64,000 bases of DNA, taken from positions 10,572 through 74,571 of the forward strand of contig JANNCN010000023.1 of the NCBI GenBank assembly GCA_031386665.1, in the 5' to 3' direction. Each line of letters starts with the position of its first letter. Positions within the stretch are counted from its first letter, which is position 1. Below the pieces are notes generated by a model. The model did not search any database and was not told the origin of the DNA. It saw only the letters and a list, made by a program, of their open reading frames with translations. Shown in pieces: positions 50,591 to 59,195 of this stretch. The translations under genes were made by a program, and so were the position numbers. This DNA comes from Rhodoferax sp. GTDB lineage: Bacteria > Pseudomonadota > Gammaproteobacteria > Burkholderiales > Burkholderiaceae_C.

Positions 50591-50625
50591 ATTTGGGCTC
50601 TGCCCCCAATTTCGACCCCTGACCC
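50515..50625. repeat. Composite palindromic element in the UvrA inter-module linker
   Basis: The 36/37-nt arms (50515-50550 and 50589-50625) differ by 4 mismatches and 1 indel, with a 38-nt spacer. TAA overlaps the inner edge of the right arm. Confidence 0.75.
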
Positions 50626-50689
50626 TGACTCGAACCCAGCCGCCAACGCCATCCAGATCATCAACGCCAAAGAGCACAACCTCAAGTCT

Positions 50690-53488
50690 TTGAGCGTCAA
50701 CATTCCACGCGGCAAATTCAACGTGGTCACGGGGGTGAGCGGCTCGGGAAAGTCCACCCTGGCGTTTGACATTTTGTTCAACGAAGGTCAGCGCCGCTAT
50801 TTGGAGTCGCTCAATGCCTACGCCCGCAGCATCGTGCAACCTGCGGGCAGGCCTGAAGTTGACGCGGTGTACGGCATTCCGCCAACGGTGGCAATAGAGC
50901 AGCGGCTGTCTCGCGGCGGGCGCAAAAGTACGGTCGGCACCACCACCGAGGTGTGGCACTTTTTGCGCCTGCTGTATGTGAAGCTGGGCACCCAGCATTG
51001 CATTCACGATGGCGCTGCCGTGGCCCCCCAAACGCCTGACAGCATCGCCGCGCAACTTCTCAAAAGCTTTCGGGGGCAGCACATTGGTTTGCTGAGTCCG
51101 TTGGTGATGAACCGCAAAGGCGTGTACACAGAACTGGCCGACTGGGCGCGCCCGCGCGGCTTCACCCACCTGCGGGTGGATGGCAACTTTTTGCCCACCA
51201 CCAATTTCCCGCGCATTGATCGCTTCAAAGAACACACGATTGAGCTGCCTGTGGCCAGTTTTGACGTGCTGCCTGACAAAGAATCGCGTCTGCGCGAAGC
51301 ACTGGCCAGTGCTCTGGTGCATGGTAAGGGCGTTGTGCATGTGCTCAGCGATTTGGGTGCCCTGCGTGCGGCAATGTTGGCGGGTACGCCCACGGCTGCC
51401 GTTGGCAAGCTCGATGTTTTTTCAACCAAGAGGGCCTGCCCGGTTTGCAGCACCAGCTATGCCGAGCTGGACCCGCGCCTGTTCAGTTACAACAGCAAAC
51501 ATGGGTGGTGCCCAGACTGCGTGGGCACGGGCGTCAAGCTGACCAAAGAGCAGCGCAAGGTGTTCGACGACTCGGTGAAAGACGATGACAACAAGGGCCG
51601 CGAGCAAACCTTTGCCGAACCCGAGGTCGAAGATCTGGTAGATGCCGCTTGCCCCACCTGCCACGGCGCCCGCCTGAACGCCAACGCTCGTGCGGTCACA
51701 TTCGCGAAAGTCGGCATCACGGACATTGCACGTTTGAGCGTGACCGACATCCGCAAATGGGTCGAGACGCTGCAAGCGGCGGGCGGTATGTCGTCGCGCG
51801 AAACCGACATTGCCCGAGACTTGATTCCCGAGATCAAAAGCCGCCTGGCGTTTTTAGAAGAAGTTGGGCTGGGCTACCTCACGCTAGACCGTGGTGCGCC
51901 CACGTTAAGCGGTGGCGAAGCCCAGCGTATTCGCCTAGCAGCCCAGTTGGGTAGCAACCTGCAAGGCGTGTGCTACGTGCTGGACGAGCCGACCATTGGC
52001 CTGCATGCGCGGGACAACAAAATTTTGCTGAGCGCCCTGCAAAGTTTGAGCGAAAAAGGCAACACCTTGGTGGTGGTGGAACATGATGTAGACACCATTC
52101 GCCATGCCGATCACATCATCGATATTGGCCCCAGCGCGGGCAAGCGCGGCGGGCGGCTGGTGGCCGAGGGTTCGGTGGCCGACATTCAAAACGCCGCCGA
52201 ATCGCAAACTGGCCGCTACTTGCTGCACGCGATGAAGCACCCGGTGCAAGCGCGCAGAGCCGTGATCTGGCCACCAGTCGAAGTCGGTCCATTGAAATTG
52301 CGGTCAGAGCCCAAATTCGCCGCACCTTTGGTGCGCCCTTTGGGTAAAGCGCTTCGCACTTCAGCGAAATTGCGATCTGCCCCCAATTTGGCCGCCGGCG
52401 ACCCCAGTTCCATCGCGGTGTCAAAACCGGCCTGGCTCACCGTTCAGTCCGCCAATTTGCACAACCTGCAGTCCGTCACCGCCAACATCCCCCTGCAGCG
52501 CCTGGTCGCCATTACGGGCGTGTCCGGCTCTGGCAAGTCAACGCTAGCCCGCGATGTGATGCTGGCCAACGTGCAAACTGCTGTTCAAAAACGCAGTACC
52601 AAAGCCGGTCGCGATGCGATTGCTGCAGGTGAAAAATTCAATTGGGTGGGCTGCCAAGGCGTCGAGGGATTTGAGGTGGTTGACCGCGTGCTCGAGGTCG
52701 ATCAAACGCCAATTGGGAAAACCCCGCGCAGTTGCCCCGCCACCTACATCGGCTTTTGGGACATCATTCGCAAGCTCTTTGCCGATACGCTAGAGGCCAA
52801 AGCACGTGGCTACGCAGCTAACCGGTTCAGCTTTAACACGGGCGAAGGTCGCTGCCCGAGTTGTGAGGGCCAAGGCATTCGCACCATCGCCATGAGTTTT
52901 TTGCCCGATGTGAAAGTGCTGTGCGAAACCTGCCGCGGCGCCCGGTTTAATCCCGAGACGCTGGCCGTCACCTGGCGCGGCAAAAACATTGGCGACGTGC
53001 TGCAAATGGAAGTTGACGAAGCGGTCGATTTTTTTGCCGCCATGCCCAACATCGGCCATCCCGTGCAGTTGCTCAAAGACGTGGGGTTGGGGTATTTGAC
53101 GTTGGGGCAACCATCGCCCACGCTGTCGGGCGGTGAAGCGCAGCGCATCAAGTTGGTGACCGAACTTAGCAAAGTGCGTGACGACATCACCAGGCGCGGC
53201 CAAAAGCCGCCGCACACCTTGTACGTGCTGGACGAGCCGACGGTGGGCCTGCACATGGCAGACGTTGAAAAGCTGATCAAAGTGCTTCACCGCCTGGTCG
53301 ATGGCGGCCACAGCGTGGTGGTGATTGAGCATGACCTGGACGTCATCGCCGAAGCCGATTGGGTGATTGACTTGGGACCCGACGGTGGCAATGCGGGCGG
53401 TCAGATTGTGGCGGCAACCACGCCCGAGAAGGTGGTGAAACTGGGAACGCACACGGGCGTCGCGCTGAAGGCGGTCTTGGCCAGATGA
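50690..53488 (+). CDS. uvrA: UvrA-like ABC ATPase, module 2 (same frame as module 1; conserved N-terminus extends upstream to 50591 with no canonical start)
   Basis: Two GVSGSGKST, two LSGGEAQRI, CPVCS..CPDCVGTG, CPTCHGARL, CPSCEGQG..CETCRGARF. The upstream in-frame sequence encodes AIQIINAKEHNLKSL. Confidence 0.75.
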   Translation: MSVNIPRGKFNVVTGVSGSGKSTLAFDILFNEGQRRYLESLNAYARSIVQPAGRPEVDAVYGIPPTVAIEQRLSRGGRKSTVGTTTEVWHFLRLLYVKLGTQHCIHDGAAVAPQTPDSIAAQLLKSFRGQHIGLLSPLVMNRKGVYTELADWARPRGFTHLRVDGNFLPTTNFPRIDRFKEHTIELPVASFDVLPDKESRLREALASALVHGKGVVHVLSDLGALRAAMLAGTPTAAVGKLDVFSTKRACPVCSTSYAELDPRLFSYNSKHGWCPDCVGTGVKLTKEQRKVFDDSVKDDDNKGREQTFAEPEVEDLVDAACPTCHGARLNANARAVTFAKVGITDIARLSVTDIRKWVETLQAAGGMSSRETDIARDLIPEIKSRLAFLEEVGLGYLTLDRGAPTLSGGEAQRIRLAAQLGSNLQGVCYVLDEPTIGLHARDNKILLSALQSLSEKGNTLVVVEHDVDTIRHADHIIDIGPSAGKRGGRLVAEGSVADIQNAAESQTGRYLLHAMKHPVQARRAVIWPPVEVGPLKLRSEPKFAAPLVRPLGKALRTSAKLRSAPNLAAGDPSSIAVSKPAWLTVQSANLHNLQSVTANIPLQRLVAITGVSGSGKSTLARDVMLANVQTAVQKRSTKAGRDAIAAGEKFNWVGCQGVEGFEVVDRVLEVDQTPIGKTPRSCPATYIGFWDIIRKLFADTLEAKARGYAANRFSFNTGEGRCPSCEGQGIRTIAMSFLPDVKVLCETCRGARFNPETLAVTWRGKNIGDVLQMEVDEAVDFFAAMPNIGHPVQLLKDVGLGYLTLGQPSPTLSGGEAQRIKLVTELSKVRDDITRRGQKPPHTLYVLDEPTVGLHMADVEKLIKVLHRLVDGGHSVVVIEHDLDVIAEADWVIDLGPDGGNAGGQIVAATTPEKVVKLGTHTGVALKAVLAR
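52294..52393. repeat. Second copy of the palindromic element, in frame inside UvrA module 2
   Basis: GAAATTGCGGTCAGAGCCCAAATTCGC (52294-52320) and the reverse complement of 52364-52393 (GGCCAAATTGGGGGCAGATCGCAATTTCGC) share the unit found at 50531-50550 and 50589-50615. Confidence 0.7.
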
Positions 53489-53527
53489 TTTCAGCGCAAA
53501 GGCATGCGGTTATCGATGCACCGCAAA

Positions 53528-54325
53528 CTAGCTCGCAACCTTCCGCTTTCGATCCATAAACGCTTTCATGTACCGCTGCGGTTCCCCCGTGGCAAAGGCG
53601 CGGCCAAATTCAGGCACGGTGGCTTCAATCGCCGCATCGGGCGGCAGACTTTGCCAACTGCGCATCAACTGCTTTTGTTGGCGCAAAGCGGCGGGGCCAA
53701 AACCTGCCAGTTTGGCAGCCAAAGTTGCAATGCGAATGTCGAGTTGATCCACCGCATCTATTGGGCAAACTTCATGCACCAAACCCCAGTTCAGGGCGGT
53801 GGAAGCGTCGATGATTTCACCGGTTATCAGCAGCCAGGTGGCGCGCGAATGCCCAATTAGCAAAGGCAGCAGCACGGCGTGAATCACCGACGGAATTCCC
53901 ACCGCGACCTCGGGCATGCCAAAGCGTGCGTCGGCACGACAGATGCGCAAATCACAAGCCAGCGCCACCTCCAGGCCTCCGCCCAGGGTGTAGCCCGACA
54001 GACGCGCAATCACGGGGGCGGGAAAACTGCGCACAGCCTCGCACAGGTTTTTCAAACGGGTAATAAAAGCTTCGGCTAAGGGCGGCGTCAGCTTGGCCAT
54101 TTCGTTGATATCGGCACCGCCTATGAAGGCCTTGTCGCCATCACCGCGCAAGATCAACACCTTCACATCGCCGCGCGCGCTTAAGTTGTGCAAGGCGGCA
54201 GTCAGTTCCAAGATCGCAGCGGTGCCGACAATGTTGAGCGTTTTGGCATTACGCAAACTCAGTGTGGCGACACCTTGGTCCGTTAGCGTGGCCAGGGTTT
54301 GGTGGGTTTCAATCAGCAGGGTCAT
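53528..54325 (-). CDS. Enoyl-CoA hydratase/isomerase family protein
   Basis: Crotonase fold (VLILRGDGDKAFIGGADINEM, GYTLGGGLEVALACD). Confidence 0.85.
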   Translation of the reverse strand: MTLLIETHQTLATLTDQGVATLSLRNAKTLNIVGTAAILELTAALHNLSARGDVKVLILRGDGDKAFIGGADINEMAKLTPPLAEAFITRLKNLCEAVRSFPAPVIARLSGYTLGGGLEVALACDLRICRADARFGMPEVAVGIPSVIHAVLLPLLIGHSRATWLLITGEIIDASTALNWGLVHEVCPIDAVDQLDIRIATLAAKLAGFGPAALRQQKQLMRSWQSLPPDAAIEATVPEFGRAFATGEPQRYMKAFMDRKRKVAS

Positions 54326-54334
54326 GGGGCAAGC

Positions 54335-55423
54335 CTACCAGTCGACCAGGCTCAAGCCGATGCTCAGCGTGGTGCGGTGCCGGTTGTAGTCCAGCAAACT
54401 GTCGCCAAAGCCGCTGAAAACTTGGGTGTGGAAGCGCAAACCGTTGCGGCCGTTGCGCGGGTCGGTGTCGCCAAAGCTTTTCAACCACTCGAGCTTGAAT
54501 GAGCCGTTGGCCGTGCTGCCCAGTGAGTGGCGCACGGTGATGCCCAGGGTATTGAAGGCGTTCACGTCCCAAAAGCCTGCCAGTTCGGCGCGGCCAATTT
54601 TGTCGGCGATTTCGGGGTTGTCATCGTCAGCGCCCTTTTCTGGCAGGCGCTGCCAAAGCCGTGCGGTCATGCGCAAATTGTGGCCGTTTTCCATGCCCGC
54701 CATCAGCACTGTGCGGTTCCAACTGCGCGACAGGGGCAGGGCCTGTCCGTTGGACTGGTGCACCACGCTGATACCGCTGTAACGCAAGCGCCAGCCACCC
54801 GGCAAATCGGCTTCGGAAGGGTAGATGTAGGTGATCTCGGGCTCGTGGTCGGTGTTGCGAAACGGGCGCGACAGCTCGCTGTTGAACAGCTGCCAATACG
54901 ATTGCTGGGTGTAGCCAAACCAGAGTGAGTCGCGCAGGCGGTCATTGCCCTGGGTCAGCAAACCCGAGGCAATTTTGGTGCGCACCGACAGTTGAATGCG
55001 AGTTTCAACCTGGCTGTAGGGCGTGGCCACCAAGGCAGTGTGCCCCGCTGTAGGGGACGACGGTTGGGTGTTCACGCCGTCCGATGCAATGACTGACAGG
55101 CTCAATGGGTGGTAGCCGCGAATGCCAAAGGTGCCGCAGTCGCTGCCCGACTCCAGCTCCCAAAAGCGCGAAAGATTGGAGAGCTTGGGGCTTTTGCACT
55201 CGCGCAGATCGGTCGCCCGGCCCGTTGGGGGAGTGGGTGTGGGCGTTGGGCTGGACGCATTGGAAGCGGCCGCGCTCGGTGTACCTTGATCCGTCTGAGC
55301 CCCCGCTGTTCCCGTCGCCCCAAAGAGGACGAGCACCCCCAAGGCGATCAGCCCCTTCAGTCCCAACCCGCAGATTTTCGAAGGACGAATTTGTGACTTG
55401 TGCTGTTGCTGAAGTTGTTCCAT
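54335..55423 (-). CDS. pldA: Outer-membrane phospholipase A (OMPLA)
   Basis: YHPLSLS, LWFGYTQQSYWQ, VVHQSNG (catalytic His-Ser), SWNR, C-terminal beta-barrel ending LSLVDW. Start uncertain (an internal TTG would reduce the 67-nt overlap). Confidence 0.85.
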   Translation of the reverse strand: MEQLQQQHKSQIRPSKICGLGLKGLIALGVLVLFGATGTAGAQTDQGTPSAAASNASSPTPTPTPPTGRATDLRECKSPKLSNLSRFWELESGSDCGTFGIRGYHPLSLSVIASDGVNTQPSSPTAGHTALVATPYSQVETRIQLSVRTKIASGLLTQGNDRLRDSLWFGYTQQSYWQLFNSELSRPFRNTDHEPEITYIYPSEADLPGGWRLRYSGISVVHQSNGQALPLSRSWNRTVLMAGMENGHNLRMTARLWQRLPEKGADDDNPEIADKIGRAELAGFWDVNAFNTLGITVRHSLGSTANGSFKLEWLKSFGDTDPRNGRNGLRFHTQVFSGFGDSLLDYNRHRTTLSIGLSLVDW

Positions 55424-55923
55424 GTTCCGCTTATTTCTTTACCGCAAGACCCCGCCACAACCTGGCCCGTCCAGGTGGCTGAAATCGATTTTCCGTCGTT
55501 TGATTCTTCTAGCGCCAAGACACCATTGTCCACGTCGCCCGCGCACTGCGATTTGACGTTGCCGCGCTGAATGCTGCCCATCACGCTGCCAGACAGCTCG
55601 GGGTGCTTTTCGAAGCGCAGGGTGACAGGTTGGGGCGCTGTCGGAGACCCGGTTGGACTGGCGCTTTTAGGGCTGCCTTCAACCTCGCCCCGCCACAATC
55701 CATAAAGATGTATGGGTTCGACTTGGTCGGGGCTGGGGCAGACCGCAGGTTTGGAAAGGGGCGCGACAGTTTGCGCCAGTGCCAATTTGGCGAATGGGCC
55801 TGTGAACGCGGTGACGAGCAAAACGGCTGAAACAAAGGCAAAGACAAAGGCAAACGGAATTTTCAAAAAAATTCGCGCCCTAGTTTTCAAAGCGCTGGGG
55901 GACAGAAGGTTGATCTGCGTCAT
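55357..55923 (-). CDS. Hypothetical secreted protein
   Basis: N-terminal signal-like hydrophobic segment. ATGA overlap with the rep stop. No family recognised. Confidence 0.55.
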   Translation of the reverse strand: MTQINLLSPSALKTRARIFLKIPFAFVFAFVSAVLLVTAFTGPFAKLALAQTVAPLSKPAVCPSPDQVEPIHLYGLWRGEVEGSPKSASPTGSPTAPQPVTLRFEKHPELSGSVMGSIQRGNVKSQCAGDVDNGVLALEESNDGKSISATWTGQVVAGSCGKEISGTWNNFSNSTSHKFVLRKSAGWD

Positions 55924-58058
55924 GGCGACTTTGCCAATGCAGCCGTGTCCGCCTCATCGCGTGACTGTTGTGAGGTTTGCGCTTTTTTGGCAAATTCGGC
56001 GCGCAAGGCCTTGAGTTTTTCACGCGGGTCTTCGCGCACCGTGGCTTTGTCCAAACCCATTTCTGCAATGAAGCGGCTGGGTAGGGCTGCCACCATTTCG
56101 CGGCCCTTTTTACGTTTGCGCACCCAGCTCACTGCCAGGCTGCGCTGCGCCCGGGTGATGCCTACATACATCAGGCGGCGCTCCTCCTCCAGGCGCTCTT
56201 GCAGGTTGTCGCCTTCCAGTTTGAACGGCAGCATGCCTTCGATCACGCCGACCAGCATCACGTGCGGCCACTCAAGCCCTTTGGCAGCGTGCAAGGTACT
56301 CAAGGTCACCACATTTTGGTCGGTTTCCCGCTCAGAAATGGTGGACAACAGCGACACCGTTTGAGCCACGTCCAGTAGAGATTTCACCTCGTTCATGCTA
56401 TTGGCACCCGCCATATCGTCAATCTGGCCGCCGCAGCGCCCTGCCATCCAATCGCAAAAATCCATCACATTGGACCAACGCGCTGCCGCCAGTTTTTCGC
56501 TGTCTTCGCCGTCGTACAGGTGTTTTTCGTAGCCAATTTCTTTCAGCCAATCCAGCAAGAATTCTTTGGCAGCTTCTGCGCCGATGGTATGGCGGGCGCG
56601 AAACTCCAGATCATTCACGTACCTGCCAAATTCGTGCAAACTGCCAACGGCTTTAGCGCTCAAACTACTGCCAAGCGAGGGCGAAAAAAGCGCCTCAAAC
56701 AAGCTGACTTTGTAGGCCGATGAAAACCCGCCCAACTGCTGCAAAGTCTGGTGGCCAATGCCGCGTTTGGGGGTGGTCACGGCGCGCAAAAAAGCTGGGT
56801 CGTCATTGTTGTTGATCCACAGCCTGAACCAACCGCACAGGTCCTTGATTTCAGCCCGGTCAAAAAAGCTGGTGCCGCCCGACACCTTGTACGGAATTTG
56901 CGCTTTGCGCAGGGCTTTCTCGAACGGTTTGGCCAAATGGTTGGCGCGGTACAGCACGGCAAAGTCTCTGAACTCTTTGTGTTGACTGGCCGCAGGGGCA
57001 CCGGTTGCACCACCGGCAATCACCTCAGTACCCGCGCGCAGGCTTTGGATGCGCGCCACAGTGCGCTCGGCCTCATGCTCTTCGCTGTCGGCATCGACCG
57101 CGCGCACGGGTTCGCCTTCGCCCAAATCGCTCCACAAATTCTTAGGAAAGAGCTTGGGGTTGGGGCCAATCACGTTGTTGGCCGCGCGCAAAATCGCACC
57201 GGTCGATCGGTAGTTTTGCTCTAGCTTGATGACTTTCAGCGCGGGGAAGTCGAGGGGCAGTCTTTTTAGATTGTCCAAGGTGGCACCGCGCCAGCCGTAA
57301 ATGCTTTGGTCGTCGTCGCCCACGGCAGTAAACCGCGCACCGCTGGCCGGGTTGCCGCCCACCAGCAGTTTCAAAAATTCGTACTGCGTGGCGTTGGTGT
57401 CCTGGTACTCATCCACCAGCACGTGCCCCGCCAGCGACTGCCACTTTTGGCGCACGGTTTCATGGTTTTGCATCAGCTTCAGGGGCAGGCTGATCAGGTC
57501 GTCAAAGTCGACGCTTTGGTAGGCGGTCAGCCGTTCTTCGTAGCGCGCCATCACGCGGGCGGCAATTTTTTCGGAGTCGTCCTTTGCCAGCGCTTCGGAC
57601 TGCGCAGCGTTCAGCCCCATGTTCTTCCACAGGCTGATTTGCCACTGCCATGACCGCGCTGTCGCCGCGTCGGTCGTGCCGCCCGCGTCTTTCAAAATGC
57701 TGGTCACGTCGTCGCTGTCCAGAATCGAAAAATTGGGTTTCAGGCCCAGTGCCTGTCCGTCAGCTCGCATCATGCGCACGCCCAACGCATGAAAAGTGCA
57801 AACCACCACGTTTTTGGCCACCTTGCCAATCAGCCCCTTGGCCCGCTCGCGCATTTCAGCCGCCGCTTTGTTGGTGAAGGTGATGGCAAAAATGCGCTGC
57901 GGCTCCAACCCCATTTGAATCAAACGCCCCACTTTGTGCGTGATCACCCGCGTTTTGCCCGACCCCGCCCCCGCCAGCACCAAACACGGGCCGTGCATGT
58001 AGTTCACGGCCTCTTGCTGGGCGATGTTGAGACTGAGGGCGGGGGCAAGAGACGACAT
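55920..58058 (-). CDS. rep: ATP-dependent DNA helicase Rep (UvrD/Rep superfamily 1)
   Basis: GPCLVLAGAGSGKTRVIT, TFTNKAAAEMRER, VLVDEYQDTN, TLHAAKGLEW. Start at ATG 58058 (MSSLAP). Confidence 0.9.
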   Translation of the reverse strand: MSSLAPALSLNIAQQEAVNYMHGPCLVLAGAGSGKTRVITHKVGRLIQMGLEPQRIFAITFTNKAAAEMRERAKGLIGKVAKNVVVCTFHALGVRMMRADGQALGLKPNFSILDSDDVTSILKDAGGTTDAATARSWQWQISLWKNMGLNAAQSEALAKDDSEKIAARVMARYEERLTAYQSVDFDDLISLPLKLMQNHETVRQKWQSLAGHVLVDEYQDTNATQYEFLKLLVGGNPASGARFTAVGDDDQSIYGWRGATLDNLKRLPLDFPALKVIKLEQNYRSTGAILRAANNVIGPNPKLFPKNLWSDLGEGEPVRAVDADSEEHEAERTVARIQSLRAGTEVIAGGATGAPAASQHKEFRDFAVLYRANHLAKPFEKALRKAQIPYKVSGGTSFFDRAEIKDLCGWFRLWINNNDDPAFLRAVTTPKRGIGHQTLQQLGGFSSAYKVSLFEALFSPSLGSSLSAKAVGSLHEFGRYVNDLEFRARHTIGAEAAKEFLLDWLKEIGYEKHLYDGEDSEKLAAARWSNVMDFCDWMAGRCGGQIDDMAGANSMNEVKSLLDVAQTVSLLSTISERETDQNVVTLSTLHAAKGLEWPHVMLVGVIEGMLPFKLEGDNLQERLEEERRLMYVGITRAQRSLAVSWVRKRKKGREMVAALPSRFIAEMGLDKATVREDPREKLKALRAEFAKKAQTSQQSRDEADTAALAKSP

Positions 58059-58209
58059 AGGAGCCAGTTGTTTGCAGCTGAATGGAAGGCGAGCCAGCAA
58101 ACCGGAATCTGCGCGAATTGGCAATGTTCGAATCATACCCAGCGCCCTGCGATGCCGATTTCACGTTGTGACTTCGAATTGGCGCAAAAATACCGACGAA
58201 AATCGAGCC

Positions 58210-59175
58210 GTGCTGCCCATCCTCCTCGTCACCTTTCCCTTCTTCGCCCTGGTTCTGGCCGGTTTTGTCGCGGGCCAGCGGGGTTGGTTGCCGTTGGAGG
58301 CGATTCCAGGCTTGAATGGATTTGTGCTCTTTTTTGCGCTGCCTTGCATGTTGTACCGCTTTGGGGCCAGCATACCGGTGGCGCAACTGCTGGATGCGAG
58401 TGTGTTTTTCACCTACCTGGTTTGTGGGCTGGTGATGGTGGCGTTTGCGATTGCGATCAGCTTCAACCCTCGCATTCGCTGGAACGATGCGTCGTTTGGG
58501 GCGCTGGTGGGGGCTTTTCCCAACACCGGGTTCATGGGCGTTCCGCTGCTGGTCGCCTTGCTTGGCCCGCAAGCTGCAGGCCCCGCTATCGTGACCATCT
58601 TGGCGGATTTGGTGGTGATCACCTCGCTATGCATTGCCTTGTCTCGCTTGGATGGTGCCGACGAACATGGTGCTGCCAAGGCCGCCAAAATTGCGCTCAA
58701 GGGCGTCGCGATGAACCCCATGCCCTGGGCCATTTTGGCCGGTGCCGTCGCGTCCGCCGTCAGCTTGGAGTTGCCCAAGCCAGTGTTGCAAACCTTGGGC
58801 ATGTTGGCCGACGCCGCATCGCCCGTCGCCTTGTTCACGATTGGCGCGGTGCTGGCTCGCAGCCAGATTCTGACGGCCCGGGGCCATGCCGAACCCATGG
58901 TGCTGGGCGACTACCTGCCCGTGGCTTTAATGAAGCTGCTGTTGCACCCGGTCTTGGTGTTGCTGGTCGGTGTCACCGCCATCAGCCTGGGCGTGCCCTT
59001 GAGCAAATTTGCCCTCACCGTGATGGTGCTGGTGGCCGCCCTGCCCAGCGCCAGCAACGTCGCCATGCTGGCCGAGCGCTATGAAGCCGATAGCGCCCGC
59101 GTGGCCCGCATCATCATGGTGACAACTGCAGCGGCATTTTTGACGTTTTCGCTGGCGGTGGCGGCGTTGACTTGA
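58210..59175 (+). CDS. AEC (auxin efflux carrier) family transporter
   Basis: VLPILLVTFPFFALVLAGFVAG N-terminus, about 10 TM segments. GTG 58210 gives the family-typical ~320 aa. Confidence 0.8.
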   Translation: MLPILLVTFPFFALVLAGFVAGQRGWLPLEAIPGLNGFVLFFALPCMLYRFGASIPVAQLLDASVFFTYLVCGLVMVAFAIAISFNPRIRWNDASFGALVGAFPNTGFMGVPLLVALLGPQAAGPAIVTILADLVVITSLCIALSRLDGADEHGAAKAAKIALKGVAMNPMPWAILAGAVASAVSLELPKPVLQTLGMLADAASPVALFTIGAVLARSQILTARGHAEPMVLGDYLPVALMKLLLHPVLVLLVGVTAISLGVPLSKFALTVMVLVAALPSASNVAMLAERYEADSARVARIIMVTTAAAFLTFSLAVAALT

Positions 59176-59195
59176 GGGCTTGGATGGGTTGCGGT

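Noticed and set aside
50537-51340. 267-aa ORF on the minus strand spanning the UvrA module junction
   Set aside because: Antisense to UvrA module 2. It begins in the palindromic element, which reads as an ORF on both strands.
57789-59084. 431-aa ORF on the plus strand
   Set aside because: It overlaps rep (antisense) and the AEC transporter (other frame). The translation is Arg/Gly/His-rich and low-complexity, and both overlapped genes have clear family motifs.
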